Source: a bacterium (GTDB lineage: Bacteria; RBG-13-61-14; DATKZS01). From it: a DNA stretch of 64,000 nt. Of the stretch, positions 29,642 to 39,584 are shown piece after piece. The DNA lies in contig CAXXFL010000001.1 in NCBI GenBank assembly GCA_963674965.2, positions 1,376,001-1,440,000 on the forward strand, in the 5' to 3' direction. The position numbers and the translations under genes are program-made. Below the pieces are notes generated by a model. It ran no database searches, was not told the origin of the DNA, and was given only the letters and a program-made list of their open reading frames with translations. Positions within the stretch are counted from its first letter, which is position 1. Every line of letters begins with the position of its first letter.

Positions 29642-30430
29642 CTACTCGCATTTCGGCCAGGAATCTTTCGAGTCCTGGAGAAGTTTTTCCATGATTCGCA
29701 AAATAACGTCCAAGTCGGTCCCCAGTTCCTTTGCCTCCTCGTATTTTTCAAGCTCTTCATCATAGTCGGCCAGCTTTTTTTCGAGGTCGGATATCTTGGC
29801 GCTTAGGCGATCAAAATCCTTGGAGTAAGGATAGAGCCAGGGCCGCTCGACCGAAGGCCTCGGGTTGTCCGACTTCCGTCGCTTCTCGCCTTTAGGTATA
29901 AAATATATCTTGCCCGTTAACGTAAGAAGGTCATTATTCGTGCCCGAGAATTCCTCCTTTGTCCAGACGGCCAGCCTCTCGATCGAGCAGTTTTTAAGGC
30001 GGTTGAACTCCTTTAAATTGGCCTCGGTACCGTTCAAGGCCATGGAAATATTTACCTCGTGAAGATCGAAGTCTTTCTCAGCCGGCCAGTCCAAGACCTC
30101 TACTTTATCGCCAACCAGCTCCAACTCGAGCTTTCCCGCCAGCGCCTTGATCTGGCCGGAAAACTCCTCGATTGCCTTTTTCTCGGGAATTCTTCTTCTC
30201 GCTTTTTCCATCATCTCCCGTTTTTCCTCCAGCAAGGCCAGGAGTTTTTCTCTTTGGTTTCGGATTTCTTGAAATTTGTAGGCATCTCTCTCGAGAAATG
30301 CCACGTGACGCTCGAGCTTCATAAGGTTATAGGAGGACTTGCCACTCTGCTGGATTATCAGAATAATTCCGCATACTGTCAGCGCCGCGATCATTATTAT
30401 AGGAAGCCGATATTTTTTAGGCGCGCTCAT
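29642..30430 (-). CDS. PilO/GspM-like membrane protein with extra C-terminal coiled coil
   Basis: TM, coiled coil, RIPEKKAIEEF...EVNISMALNGT..NL..F pattern reminiscent of PilO. Confidence 0.45.
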   Translation of the reverse strand: MSAPKKYRLPIIMIAALTVCGIILIIQQSGKSSYNLMKLERHVAFLERDAYKFQEIRNQREKLLALLEEKREMMEKARRRIPEKKAIEEFSGQIKALAGKLELELVGDKVEVLDWPAEKDFDLHEVNISMALNGTEANLKEFNRLKNCSIERLAVWTKEEFSGTNNDLLTLTGKIYFIPKGEKRRKSDNPRPSVERPWLYPYSKDFDRLSAKISDLEKKLADYDEELEKYEEAKELGTDLDVILRIMEKLLQDSKDSWPKCE

Positions 30431-30658
30431 GATATTTTCCTCCTCTCGCGGGCTGATACGTTTTCTCAAGGACGGACCATCATTAAGAACGCATATTAAC
30501 ACATGGAGACGGCGCATACCAAAGTGGTTTTCGATCTTCGTTAGATAGTCTCGCTTTCAGCGCGGATCATTCCTTGACATAATAATCCTCGTTGCATAGA
30601 ATATTCTGGATAGCGTCAAAATTTAATCGACTTGCGCCGAGTCTGAGGAGACCTCATC

Positions 30659-32065
30659 ATGCACGGGAAAAGGACCTCTTATTTGAAATGGGGCGGGGCC
30701 TTCGTGGCCCTTCTAATCCTTCTTTACCTTCTCATCTTCGAGCTTCCTTCCCGCCGAGGAGGCTGGCTGAGCGAGGATGAATGTCGCCGCGGCAAGGCGA
30801 TCCCCAATAACGCGTTGTTATACGGCACGGTTTTCAACAAGTCGGGCATGGCTGACCCGTTCTGTTTTATGACTATGGAACTCTTCGCTGATACCTGCGC
30901 GGACCCCATTGTCCGGACTACCGCTTTCTCCGATTCCTGCGGCAATTACTATTTCGAGGTCCCGGAAAAGGACCTAATTTACATCGGGGATAAATTGAAA
31001 AATCTAAGAGCCGTTATCGAGCTTCATCATAAATTGACCTTTGAAATAAGCCAGGTTATCAACGTTGGTCTCAAACAGGAAAGAACGAAATATGACCTGA
31101 TTTATGGGGAGACGGTCGAGTCCTCCCATATTCTTTTCGGCTTCCTGCTGCTTCCGGCTTGTATCGGGCTTTTTTGGGGCCTTATAAATCTCATCTGCGC
31201 CTGGCATTCCATTAACGGTCAAAGTCAGGACGGAGTATCCTCCTATTCGACCTGCAGCGCCATTTATTTGCTTCTAAGCGCCCTGTCATGGATCGTCACC
31301 ATAAGCGTGTTTCTCAAGTTCTATCTTAACTATGGAATCAAGATCATTTCCTTTCCCATGCTTGAGGTCCCGGTCCAGATAAATCGCATGGAGGGACTCG
31401 ACCTTCCAATTTACATCCCCATCGCGTCCTTTTTAGGGATCGTGACCTATAGCCTATTCAGCCTGGCCGTTGATCGGAAAGTGCTTTTCACGGAAAGCAC
31501 CGGAAAGGAGCAGATAAACGACGCCATCAGCGCCCTGGCTGGACGTATAGTTATCGCGCCATATATTGCCACTATCGTCTATTTTTTATTTTTCAAAAAG
31601 GGAGAATTCGAGGCCCTCTCCATCTTCATCGCCTTTTTTACGGGTCTTTGGATCAAGGTTGTCCTCGATATGTTCAATAACCTGGGTCTTAAGGTTCTCT
31701 CTCAAAAGGCGGGGCAGATATCCGAAATGTCAAAGGAGGAAATCGAAAAAAAGTTCCGCGAAGAACTACTGTCAGCTAAAAAGGAAGACTATAAGAAACT
31801 CCAAAAGATCGAGGAATTCATCGAGAAAAACGAGGAAGAGCTGACCAGCTACACCAACGTCAAGCGGGTCGAGCCCGGCTATAAGGAAACCATGGGCATG
31901 AACACGGGCATTCCCAGCCTCGTTTTCTACGTCTCGAAAAAGGCCATTACCGATGCTCAGCGAGACGGGATCCAAAAGGAAATCCCCGACCAGATTAAGT
32001 ACAAGACGGAAGGCGGCGATGAAATCATGATACCCGTCGACGTGAAGGAAGAAAGAGACGAATAA
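30659..32065 (+). CDS. Hypothetical multi-pass membrane protein with Nal1-prodomain-like C-terminus
   Basis: 468-aa ORF: N-terminal TM, beta-rich periplasmic segment, about 5 further TMs, soluble C-terminal domain. Confidence 0.65.
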   Translation: MHGKRTSYLKWGGAFVALLILLYLLIFELPSRRGGWLSEDECRRGKAIPNNALLYGTVFNKSGMADPFCFMTMELFADTCADPIVRTTAFSDSCGNYYFEVPEKDLIYIGDKLKNLRAVIELHHKLTFEISQVINVGLKQERTKYDLIYGETVESSHILFGFLLLPACIGLFWGLINLICAWHSINGQSQDGVSSYSTCSAIYLLLSALSWIVTISVFLKFYLNYGIKIISFPMLEVPVQINRMEGLDLPIYIPIASFLGIVTYSLFSLAVDRKVLFTESTGKEQINDAISALAGRIVIAPYIATIVYFLFFKKGEFEALSIFIAFFTGLWIKVVLDMFNNLGLKVLSQKAGQISEMSKEEIEKKFREELLSAKKEDYKKLQKIEEFIEKNEEELTSYTNVKRVEPGYKETMGMNTGIPSLVFYVSKKAITDAQRDGIQKEIPDQIKYKTEGGDEIMIPVDVKEERDE

Positions 32066-32199
32066 TATCGACCTTTCTAACTTTAGCCTTTTCGAGACCC
32101 AAATACTTTCCATCCTCCCAGTAAGATACTTCAGGCCGTTTTCCTTACTACAATCTCATCAGCTATAATGTAGGCGCGTTGCCTCTGGCGGGATAAAAT

Positions 32200-32931
32200 A
32201 TGGACTATGATAAAAATACTCTTACCGCGCTTGTCTTCGGGGCCACGGGTTTCACCGGCCGGGAAGTGGCTCGAATAGCGGCGGAGAATGGACTTCGGAC
32301 GGTTGCTCACGTTCGTCCCGACTCTCCCTCCCTCGAGTCCTGGAGGGCGCGGCTCGAGGCCTCGGGTTGCGAGGTGGACGCCACCCCATGGGAGACGGAC
32401 GCCCTGGCCGAGACCATGTCGCGGCTTAGGCCGTCCATTGTCTTTTCCCTGCTGGGTACCACCAGGGCCCGGGCAAAGTCAGCCGCCAGGGCCGGAAAAG
32501 ACCCGAAGGCCGAAAGCTACGAAGCCGTGGACTTTGGACTTCCGGCCATGCTGCTCGAGGCGGCGAAAAAAGCCGGGACCAGTCCGCGCTTCGTTTTCCT
32601 TTCCGCCGCCGGCGCCGGAGGGGAAGGCTTATCTCCTTATTGTAAATGGAAACATAAGGCGGAGATGGCACATATCTCGAGCGGACTTCCCTATACCATC
32701 GCCAGGCCGTCATTCATAGCCGGGCCCGGCCGCGACGATAAAAGGCCCGCCGAGTTGATAGGAGCCAAAATCATCGACGCAGCCCTTTCCCTGGCCGGGG
32801 CCGCGGGCTTTAAAAAGCTAAACGCTCGATACCGCTCGAACACCAACGTTATTCTCGCCGAGGCGCTGGTCAGATTGGCCCTTTCAAAAGAGGCTGAGAA
32901 TAAAATCTTCGAGTCGGAAGATTTAAGATAG
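32200..32931 (+). CDS. NAD(P)H-binding oxidoreductase (atypical SDR)
   Basis: GATGFTG, LGTT, YEAVD, YCKWK, ARPS. Confidence 0.85.
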   Translation: MDYDKNTLTALVFGATGFTGREVARIAAENGLRTVAHVRPDSPSLESWRARLEASGCEVDATPWETDALAETMSRLRPSIVFSLLGTTRARAKSAARAGKDPKAESYEAVDFGLPAMLLEAAKKAGTSPRFVFLSAAGAGGEGLSPYCKWKHKAEMAHISSGLPYTIARPSFIAGPGRDDKRPAELIGAKIIDAALSLAGAAGFKKLNARYRSNTNVILAEALVRLALSKEAENKIFESEDLR

Positions 32932-32940
32932 GAGGATGAA

Positions 32941-34890
32941 ATGAAGTCGGGAAAGACCATCAAATCGATGAAGCTTATGGCGGCCCTTTTTCTGGTCAGT
33001 TTCTCCGCTCAGGCCAAGCCGGTAATATTCCAGGAACCACTCAGCCCGCGTATCGCCAATTACGATATCGAGGTCAAGCTCGATCCGGCCGAGCGTCTTA
33101 TACGGGGAAGAGAGGTCCTGACCTGGCACAACAAGACCGATCAGGCGACGGACGAGATGTATTTTCATCTTTACCTTAACGCTTTCCGGAACGACCAGTC
33201 CACCTTTATGAAAGAATCCAATCGATCGGGCTCGAAAAAACTCGATAAAAAGGACGGGTGGGGATACATCGAGCTGGAAAGGGTATCCATCCAGGGCGGC
33301 CCGGACCTGACGGATGAAGTACGTTTCGCCTGGCCTGACGACGGCAACACGGCCGACAAGACCGTGGCCATGATCTCGCTTCCCCAAGCGGTCGAGCCGG
33401 GAGGGTCGGTTATTGTCGAGATCGACTTCGCTTCTCGTCTTCCCTCACCACCCATCGCCAGGAACGGCAGCAAGAAGGAATATCATTTCGCTTCTCAGTG
33501 GTTTCCCAAGGTGGGCGTGTTCGAGGATGGCAAGTGGAATTGTCATCAGTACCACGCCCATTCCGAGTTTTACGCCGACTTCGGAGTATACGACGTTTTC
33601 ATCACCGTGCCCGAGGAGAATATAGTCGGGGCCACCGGTATCGAGGTGGAGGTTTCAAACAACGGCGACGGCACGGCCACCCATTACTATCACGCGGAGG
33701 ACGTACATGATTTTACCTGGACTACCTCGCCCAACTTCGTGGTTTTCATGGAAAGGGTCCAGGACGTTGACGTTCGTCTCCTCATGCAGAAGAACCATAA
33801 GGGCCAGGCAAAGCGGCATCTGGAAGCGGCGCGGATCGGTATCGGGCGTTTCCAGGAATGGTTCGGCAATTATCCATATCCTAACCTTACCATAGTGGAC
33901 CCTCGCGACGGGGCCTTTGCCACGGGCGGCATGGAGTATCCTACTTTAATCACGGCGGGGACCTTTCCCGGACTTCCCGGCGGGGTACGCATCGTCGAGA
34001 TGGTGGTGATTCACGAATTTGGCCATAATTTCTGGTATGGCATGGTTGCCAGTAACGAGTTCGAGGAAGCCTGGCTTGACGAGGGCATCAACACCTACTC
34101 GGAGATTCAAATAATGCACGACGCTTATCCGTCTCAAAGCAGCATTGTCGACTTTTTGGGATTCAAGTTTGACGACCTGCAGATGAGGCGATATTCCTAC
34201 GTCCGCTCTCCGGATTACGATCCGGTTGTGAGAAAGTCGTGGGAGTACTTTTCAGGCGGCAGTTACTCGGCCATGGCCTATTCCAAGCCGGCGCTTGCCC
34301 TGGTTACGCTCGAGAATTATCTGGGCCGGGAAACCATGCGCGAGATTATGCGGGCCTATTTCGAGAGGTATAAATTCAAACATCCAAAAACTCAGGATTT
34401 TATTGACGTGGCCAATGAGGTATCCGGCCAGGACCTTTCCTGGTTTTTCGATCAGATGCTCTACACTAACGCGGTCCTTGATTACGCCGTATGGTCGGTA
34501 AAGAGCGAGAAGGTGAAGCCGGGGATTGGTATAGACTATACCGACTCCATTGGCGGCGATAAAATATCATTCTCTGGAGAGACCGAGACGATGTTCGAGA
34601 CGGTTGTTAAGGTAAGGCGCCTTGGAGACTTTAAGTTCCCAGTCGAAATCGAGCTTGTCTTTCAAAACGGGGAGACGAATCATGAAACCTGGGATGGGAA
34701 AGATTTATGGAAAGAATATAGATATTTAAAACCAACTCGACTCGCGAGCGCCGCGGTTGACCCAGAAAAGAAAGTAGTCTTGGATATTGACTGGAAAAAC
34801 AATCTTATGAAAGCGGGAAGAAAAGCAAAATCCAGGAGCGCCGGACATGGATACCTGGACATGATGAAATTTATGATGAATCCTGACTAA
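32941..34890 (+). CDS. Secreted M1 family zinc aminopeptidase
   Basis: Signal peptide; GGMEYP; HEFGH-x18-E (WLDEG). Confidence 0.92.
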   Translation: MKSGKTIKSMKLMAALFLVSFSAQAKPVIFQEPLSPRIANYDIEVKLDPAERLIRGREVLTWHNKTDQATDEMYFHLYLNAFRNDQSTFMKESNRSGSKKLDKKDGWGYIELERVSIQGGPDLTDEVRFAWPDDGNTADKTVAMISLPQAVEPGGSVIVEIDFASRLPSPPIARNGSKKEYHFASQWFPKVGVFEDGKWNCHQYHAHSEFYADFGVYDVFITVPEENIVGATGIEVEVSNNGDGTATHYYHAEDVHDFTWTTSPNFVVFMERVQDVDVRLLMQKNHKGQAKRHLEAARIGIGRFQEWFGNYPYPNLTIVDPRDGAFATGGMEYPTLITAGTFPGLPGGVRIVEMVVIHEFGHNFWYGMVASNEFEEAWLDEGINTYSEIQIMHDAYPSQSSIVDFLGFKFDDLQMRRYSYVRSPDYDPVVRKSWEYFSGGSYSAMAYSKPALALVTLENYLGRETMREIMRAYFERYKFKHPKTQDFIDVANEVSGQDLSWFFDQMLYTNAVLDYAVWSVKSEKVKPGIGIDYTDSIGGDKISFSGETETMFETVVKVRRLGDFKFPVEIELVFQNGETNHETWDGKDLWKEYRYLKPTRLASAAVDPEKKVVLDIDWKNNLMKAGRKAKSRSAGHGYLDMMKFMMNPD

Positions 34891-34934
34891 CTAATTACAG
34901 ATTGCCTTGTCTTATTCCAAGATAAACGGGAGAT

Positions 34935-35804
34935 ATGTTCATGAAAAAGATTTCGGCTATTGTTGTATTTTTACTAACAATCAGTATTATTTCGATATTG
35001 TCCAACGAGACGTGGGCTGATGGAGACGCTTTAACACCGTCCCAGGCGGGGAGTTTCAGCTTTCTTACCTATAACGTCGCCGGACTTCCCGATATTATTT
35101 CGGGGTCTCACCCCGCCAGGTTTAATAAGCTTATCAGTCCTCTTCTTAACGACTTCGACATTGTTGTGGTACAGGAGGACTTCTATTACCATGACGATCT
35201 GAAAAGTCTGGCCAATCATCCCTATATCGGCGCGCCCGACAAGGACGGAACTCTTGGCGACGGACTGGGCCGTTTCTCAAACTACCCCTTTAGCGACCCT
35301 ATTCATATAAACTGGAGTAAATGTTACGGAACGCTTGGTTACGCAAATGATTGTTTGACAAAAAAAGGCTACAGCCACGCCGTTCATACAATTGCTTCCG
35401 GCGTCATTATTGACGTGTATAACCTTCATTTCGACGCGGGAATCTCTAAAGGAGACCGGGACGCGCGGGAGGCGGGCATGACCCAGTTGATTCGGACCAT
35501 TGCCGAGGAATCCAAAGGAAAAGCGGTTATTGTGGCGGGCGATTTTAACATGGGAGATAAATCCGATAGGGACCTGGAAAATTATCAGCGTCTGCTCGAT
35601 GAAGAGGGTTTTTTCGATTCCTGCCGCGTTCTCGATTGCGGGGAGGAGAGGATCGATAAAATCGTTTACCGGGGTAGCGAAAAGATAGAATTAAAGGCGG
35701 TCGATTATAAAGTCGAGCGGGAAAAATTCAGATACAGGGACGGGATACAATTGTCCGATCACAAGGCGGTCTCGGCGGTTTTCGAGTGGAAAACCATAGA
35801 TTAA
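34935..35804 (+). CDS. Secreted endonuclease/exonuclease/phosphatase (sphingomyelinase-like)
   Basis: TYNVAGLP, QEDF, NLH, GDFN, IDKI, LSDH. Confidence 0.85.
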   Translation: MFMKKISAIVVFLLTISIISILSNETWADGDALTPSQAGSFSFLTYNVAGLPDIISGSHPARFNKLISPLLNDFDIVVVQEDFYYHDDLKSLANHPYIGAPDKDGTLGDGLGRFSNYPFSDPIHINWSKCYGTLGYANDCLTKKGYSHAVHTIASGVIIDVYNLHFDAGISKGDRDAREAGMTQLIRTIAEESKGKAVIVAGDFNMGDKSDRDLENYQRLLDEEGFFDSCRVLDCGEERIDKIVYRGSEKIELKAVDYKVEREKFRYRDGIQLSDHKAVSAVFEWKTID

Positions 35805-35840
35805 TATTAATCTCCGTCTCCTATTCAAATATGGCCATTC

Positions 35841-38117
35841 ATGATTAAAGAAAAAAAGAAAAAACTCGGATCCGGAAAAAAATCCGGATTTGCCTTACTA
35901 TTCATAGTCATAGCTTTTCTTCTTTCTGAATTGATTCTGCGTCTTAGCGGCCTTTTTCCCCCCCTTGGACCATTCACTGAATTCGAAGGACCGTACGGCC
36001 AGAAGATGGTTCGCTTCAATTTAAACCACCTCAAGCCGGAGTTTACCGCTGATAAACCTCCCGGCGCTTATCGCATAATGATTGCGGGTGGTTCCTCCGC
36101 GGTCGGTTTTCCCTATCATCCGCGCTCCACGTTCGGGCTTAGGCTCGAGTCCATCCTTGAGGCTGAAATTCCCGGTCTTGACGTCGAGGTCATACATATC
36201 GGTAAAATGAGCATGTACTCGACCGAAGTGCGGGAGGTTGTCGATGAAGCCGTCAATTATTCTCCCGATCTGATGATAATTTATTCCGGGCATAATGAAT
36301 TTATCGCGTTAAACCGCAAACTTTCGCCCGGATCCAGGGCGGCCCTGAAAGTTGCCATGAAAAGCAAGGTTGTTCTTGCAACTGGAGCGCTTCTTCACGC
36401 CGCCCTTGGCGCCGGCAAGACTACCTTCATGCAGGCCTGGGAGGAAAACGAAGAGGGCGGACTTGCCCTTCCACGCCCTCCTCTCATCAGCCAGGACCAG
36501 TATGATGAAGTTGTGACGGAGTACGAAGACAATCTTCGAGCCATGGCCGACGCCTGCAATAATCGGAAAGTAAAACTTGTTTTATGCGCGCCGGCTTCCA
36601 ATCTTAACGGATGGCCTCCGGAGTATGTCTTTCCCGCCTCGTTTGGAGAAAAATCTCGGCTAGAGGCCGGCTTAGCTTATGATCGCGCCGAGAAATTTTA
36701 TAAAAGCGGCGCATTTTTTAAGGCATACTCGGGTCTGGAAGAGTGGATGTCATCACCGGTGGGTTACGCCCCTTTGGCCTTTATCTCCGGCCGTTCCAAG
36801 TCCGCCGATCTAAAAAGCCTCGACCCTTCATCCGATAAATTTAAGTCTCTGAAAATTAGCGCAATAAAAGACCTTGAGACGGCCGTTTCCTGGGAGTCTA
36901 AATGCGTCTATTCCCATCGCGCGCCGCCTGAATTCCGCGACATTGTAAAAAAGGTGGCCTCGGAAAAATCGGTAGTATTCCTGGACGCACAGGCCGCGAT
37001 CAATGAAGCGGCCGATTTTACGCCCGGCTTCGATTTATTCGAGGACCATTGTCATCCGAATCTAAAGGCGCAGCAGGTTCTGGCCGAAGCTCTGCGTAAT
37101 ACTATGAAAGAAAATGATATTCCCGTCGAGTCCTCGCAATATGGCCCCACCTTCAAGTGGAATGAAAATGCCTTTCGAGATAAGAATGAAATTGACGACC
37201 AATTTCTGAAACATGTTTATCAGACTATGGCCATCTGGACGGGTCTTAAAAAACATTTGCCCGACAATTCGGCTTTTATCAGTGAGCGTCTTCGTCAATG
37301 TTCGGTATTTTCTACCATTGACCCCTTGCCCTTGATTCTTGAAAGCGTTTACGCCATGACCTATGGCGACTCGACCGGGCCGCTTAAAAGGCTTTCACAA
37401 TTTTATTATGAACAACCCGACTTGATCCATAAATCCCTCGAGCGCTATTTTACATCCAGGGTGGATATTCGTCAGGACGTATTCATGGCCAGGCTCAACT
37501 TTGATCGAGACACGCCGCCGCTTATAAACATAATGAAGAGCGGCCTGTTCAAAGAAGAGGAAGGAGGGGCCCATGTTTACCAGAACGGTAATCCTCTCGA
37601 TTATTTCGATGCCTTTATTGATCTGGCCGACCAGGGACGGAGCTTAACAAAAGAAATCGAAAAAGGACTGGAAAAACATAAAGCCCACGCCAAATCAGAG
37701 GATCCAATCATCCTGGCCGATCCGGCCAAGGCCATCGTCATGCCGGAAGGACTCGAATCGAAACTTATTAAAGTATCGGACGTCATCGAGTATGAAATGA
37801 AAACTTCCTTCTCGTATATAACCAGTGGACCCGTCAATATCGATCCGACTTCATTCTCCGCGCTCGAATTTCGCGCTCGGACAAAAAATGAAAATCATCT
37901 TGTCACGCTTTACTGGCTTGGCGCCGATTCATCCGGCCAAGCCGTAAACGGATTTATGGATTTGGATGTGTCGGGACCGGACGGACAAACAATAAACCTG
38001 GACGCGCAACCCCGATGGGTCCTCGCCTCGAGCCTTCAGGAGATACGGGTTTACCCTCGAATGGCCGGTGATTTTATTCTCGAATATCTGGCCATTTTGC
38101 CCGAGATGAATAATTGA
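35841..38117 (+). CDS. Membrane-anchored SGNH/GDSL-hydrolase-like protein
   Basis: GGSSAVG, YSGHNE, EDHCHPN blocks; N-terminal TM; helical insert. Confidence 0.7.
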   Translation: MIKEKKKKLGSGKKSGFALLFIVIAFLLSELILRLSGLFPPLGPFTEFEGPYGQKMVRFNLNHLKPEFTADKPPGAYRIMIAGGSSAVGFPYHPRSTFGLRLESILEAEIPGLDVEVIHIGKMSMYSTEVREVVDEAVNYSPDLMIIYSGHNEFIALNRKLSPGSRAALKVAMKSKVVLATGALLHAALGAGKTTFMQAWEENEEGGLALPRPPLISQDQYDEVVTEYEDNLRAMADACNNRKVKLVLCAPASNLNGWPPEYVFPASFGEKSRLEAGLAYDRAEKFYKSGAFFKAYSGLEEWMSSPVGYAPLAFISGRSKSADLKSLDPSSDKFKSLKISAIKDLETAVSWESKCVYSHRAPPEFRDIVKKVASEKSVVFLDAQAAINEAADFTPGFDLFEDHCHPNLKAQQVLAEALRNTMKENDIPVESSQYGPTFKWNENAFRDKNEIDDQFLKHVYQTMAIWTGLKKHLPDNSAFISERLRQCSVFSTIDPLPLILESVYAMTYGDSTGPLKRLSQFYYEQPDLIHKSLERYFTSRVDIRQDVFMARLNFDRDTPPLINIMKSGLFKEEEGGAHVYQNGNPLDYFDAFIDLADQGRSLTKEIEKGLEKHKAHAKSEDPIILADPAKAIVMPEGLESKLIKVSDVIEYEMKTSFSYITSGPVNIDPTSFSALEFRARTKNENHLVTLYWLGADSSGQAVNGFMDLDVSGPDGQTINLDAQPRWVLASSLQEIRVYPRMAGDFILEYLAILPEMNN

Positions 38118-38173
38118 CGGATGCGGGTAAAAGCCGTCTCGGCCAATGTTGTCATCAAGCCGGCTTCAAATTT

Positions 38174-39238
38174 CTATAACAGGTCCGCCCGGATTTGGCG
38201 GGTGACGGCTATTCGTTGCTTTTTGGCCTCGAGGTGAAATAAAAACCATTTCAGATCGCCCTTGGCCTTGTAGCTCAGGGTCTCGAAATCCTCGGCCGAC
38301 TGGAAATGATCCCAGTCATAGCGGTCGCCGTCAAGGGCATCCATTCTCCAAGCGCGAGGGCTGTAATAAAAGGAAACATCGGGGAAGGCGTTTGCCCACC
38401 TTTTGAATTTCTCTTTCACCGAGTCGGTGGGAAGGCAAAGGCAATCCTTCACGTCATTCACGTAGGTCTTCCAGCAAGGCTGGGTATCGCTCGCGAGACA
38501 AAGAACGTTGTAAATAGTACCGGCGGCTTCCAAAAATTTTTCGGAGTTTTCACTGGTAACGTTTATTCCGCTGGCGTCGTGCTCGTAGCGCCAGGCGAGG
38601 TGGGATTGGTCGGGCATGTTCATGGCTTCGGCGTGTCCGATACTGGGGCTTAAGTCGTAGAGTATCCTCTCTATCAATCCGAGTTCCTTCCACTGGCCGC
38701 CGTCCAATATCCGCAAGCGCTCGATATCGTTATCAGCCGCGCTCCATCGGCCCGAGAAGCGGTCATGGCTCCAGGAATCCGCGTAGGAGTGAAGGGCAAT
38801 GCCCAGCTTGATCAGGGCCCCGAGCCTAGCGTCATCTCCCTCACTCCGTGCATTTTTATAACCCAGGACGGCTTCGGACATGATCGATTTAACGAGGGGC
38901 GAGTCGGCCTTGACCCGGTAATCGTAAAGCCCCGCGCCCGCGGCGTCATAAGGTTCCCGGGGAATAAAGTGGAAGGGGACATATACCTTAAGCTGCACGT
39001 CCTTTTTGAGCCCGCTTATATACTGGATGCCGCTATGCGCCGTACAGACCGGCTCGAACCTGCCTTTCATTACAAGGTCCTTGGCCGCGTCGGGGACGCC
39101 CTCTATCTGGATGCCCTTGTGCTCGGTGGCGTCGTCAACGTATTGCGAGGCGTAAGCTATCACCTGCGCCTCGTCCTCGGGAAAGCCCGCGACCCTCGAA
39201 AGGCATTTGATACAACAGTAATGAAAATCCTTCTGCAT
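38174..39238 (-). CDS. Hypothetical protein (DUF6765-like; possible Zn-binding phospholipase C/P1-like fold)
   Basis: DFHY, IAYASQYVDD, PFHFIP, LGIALHSYADSWSH..FSG, IGHAEA..PD. Confidence 0.65.
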   Translation of the reverse strand: MQKDFHYCCIKCLSRVAGFPEDEAQVIAYASQYVDDATEHKGIQIEGVPDAAKDLVMKGRFEPVCTAHSGIQYISGLKKDVQLKVYVPFHFIPREPYDAAGAGLYDYRVKADSPLVKSIMSEAVLGYKNARSEGDDARLGALIKLGIALHSYADSWSHDRFSGRWSAADNDIERLRILDGGQWKELGLIERILYDLSPSIGHAEAMNMPDQSHLAWRYEHDASGINVTSENSEKFLEAAGTIYNVLCLASDTQPCWKTYVNDVKDCLCLPTDSVKEKFKRWANAFPDVSFYYSPRAWRMDALDGDRYDWDHFQSAEDFETLSYKAKGDLKWFLFHLEAKKQRIAVTRQIRADLL

Positions 39239-39408
39239 GGTATTGGTCCTCCTAAGATGAGCGTTTGGTTTACTGTATAATATACAAATTATGAATTCAA
39301 TAGTATGAGCCGGAGGCGCAAAACGGATGGTCGGTCAGTCAAATCCTTGCGGTTTGGAACTGGCGGATATTAGGAAAAGAGAATTTATGGGTATTTCAAT
39401 CCAATAGA

Positions 39409-39485
39409 TGGTGCCCTCGACAGGACTCGAACCTGTGGCCTACGGATTAGGAATCCGTCGCTCTATCCAACTGAGCTACGAGGGC
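39409..39485 (-). tRNA. tRNA-Arg(CCT)
   Basis: GCCCTCG/CGAGGGC acceptor stem, AGCTCAGTTGGATAGAGC D-arm, ACGGA-TT-CCT-AA-TCCGT anticodon arm, GGTTCGAGTCC, encoded CCA. Confidence 0.97.
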
Positions 39486-39584
39486 CAAATGAACTCAACC
39501 GCGTCCGGTTAAAGGCGCGGCTGAGTAATGATGTTAACATATCCGGCCGGTTTTCGCAAAAGCCGGCCGGGGCGGACGGCCCGG

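Noticed and set aside
28320-39485. Possible genomic island integrated at the tRNA-Arg 3' end
   Set aside because: Mixed-GC accessory genes are present, but I found no integrase and no duplicate of the tRNA 3' end.
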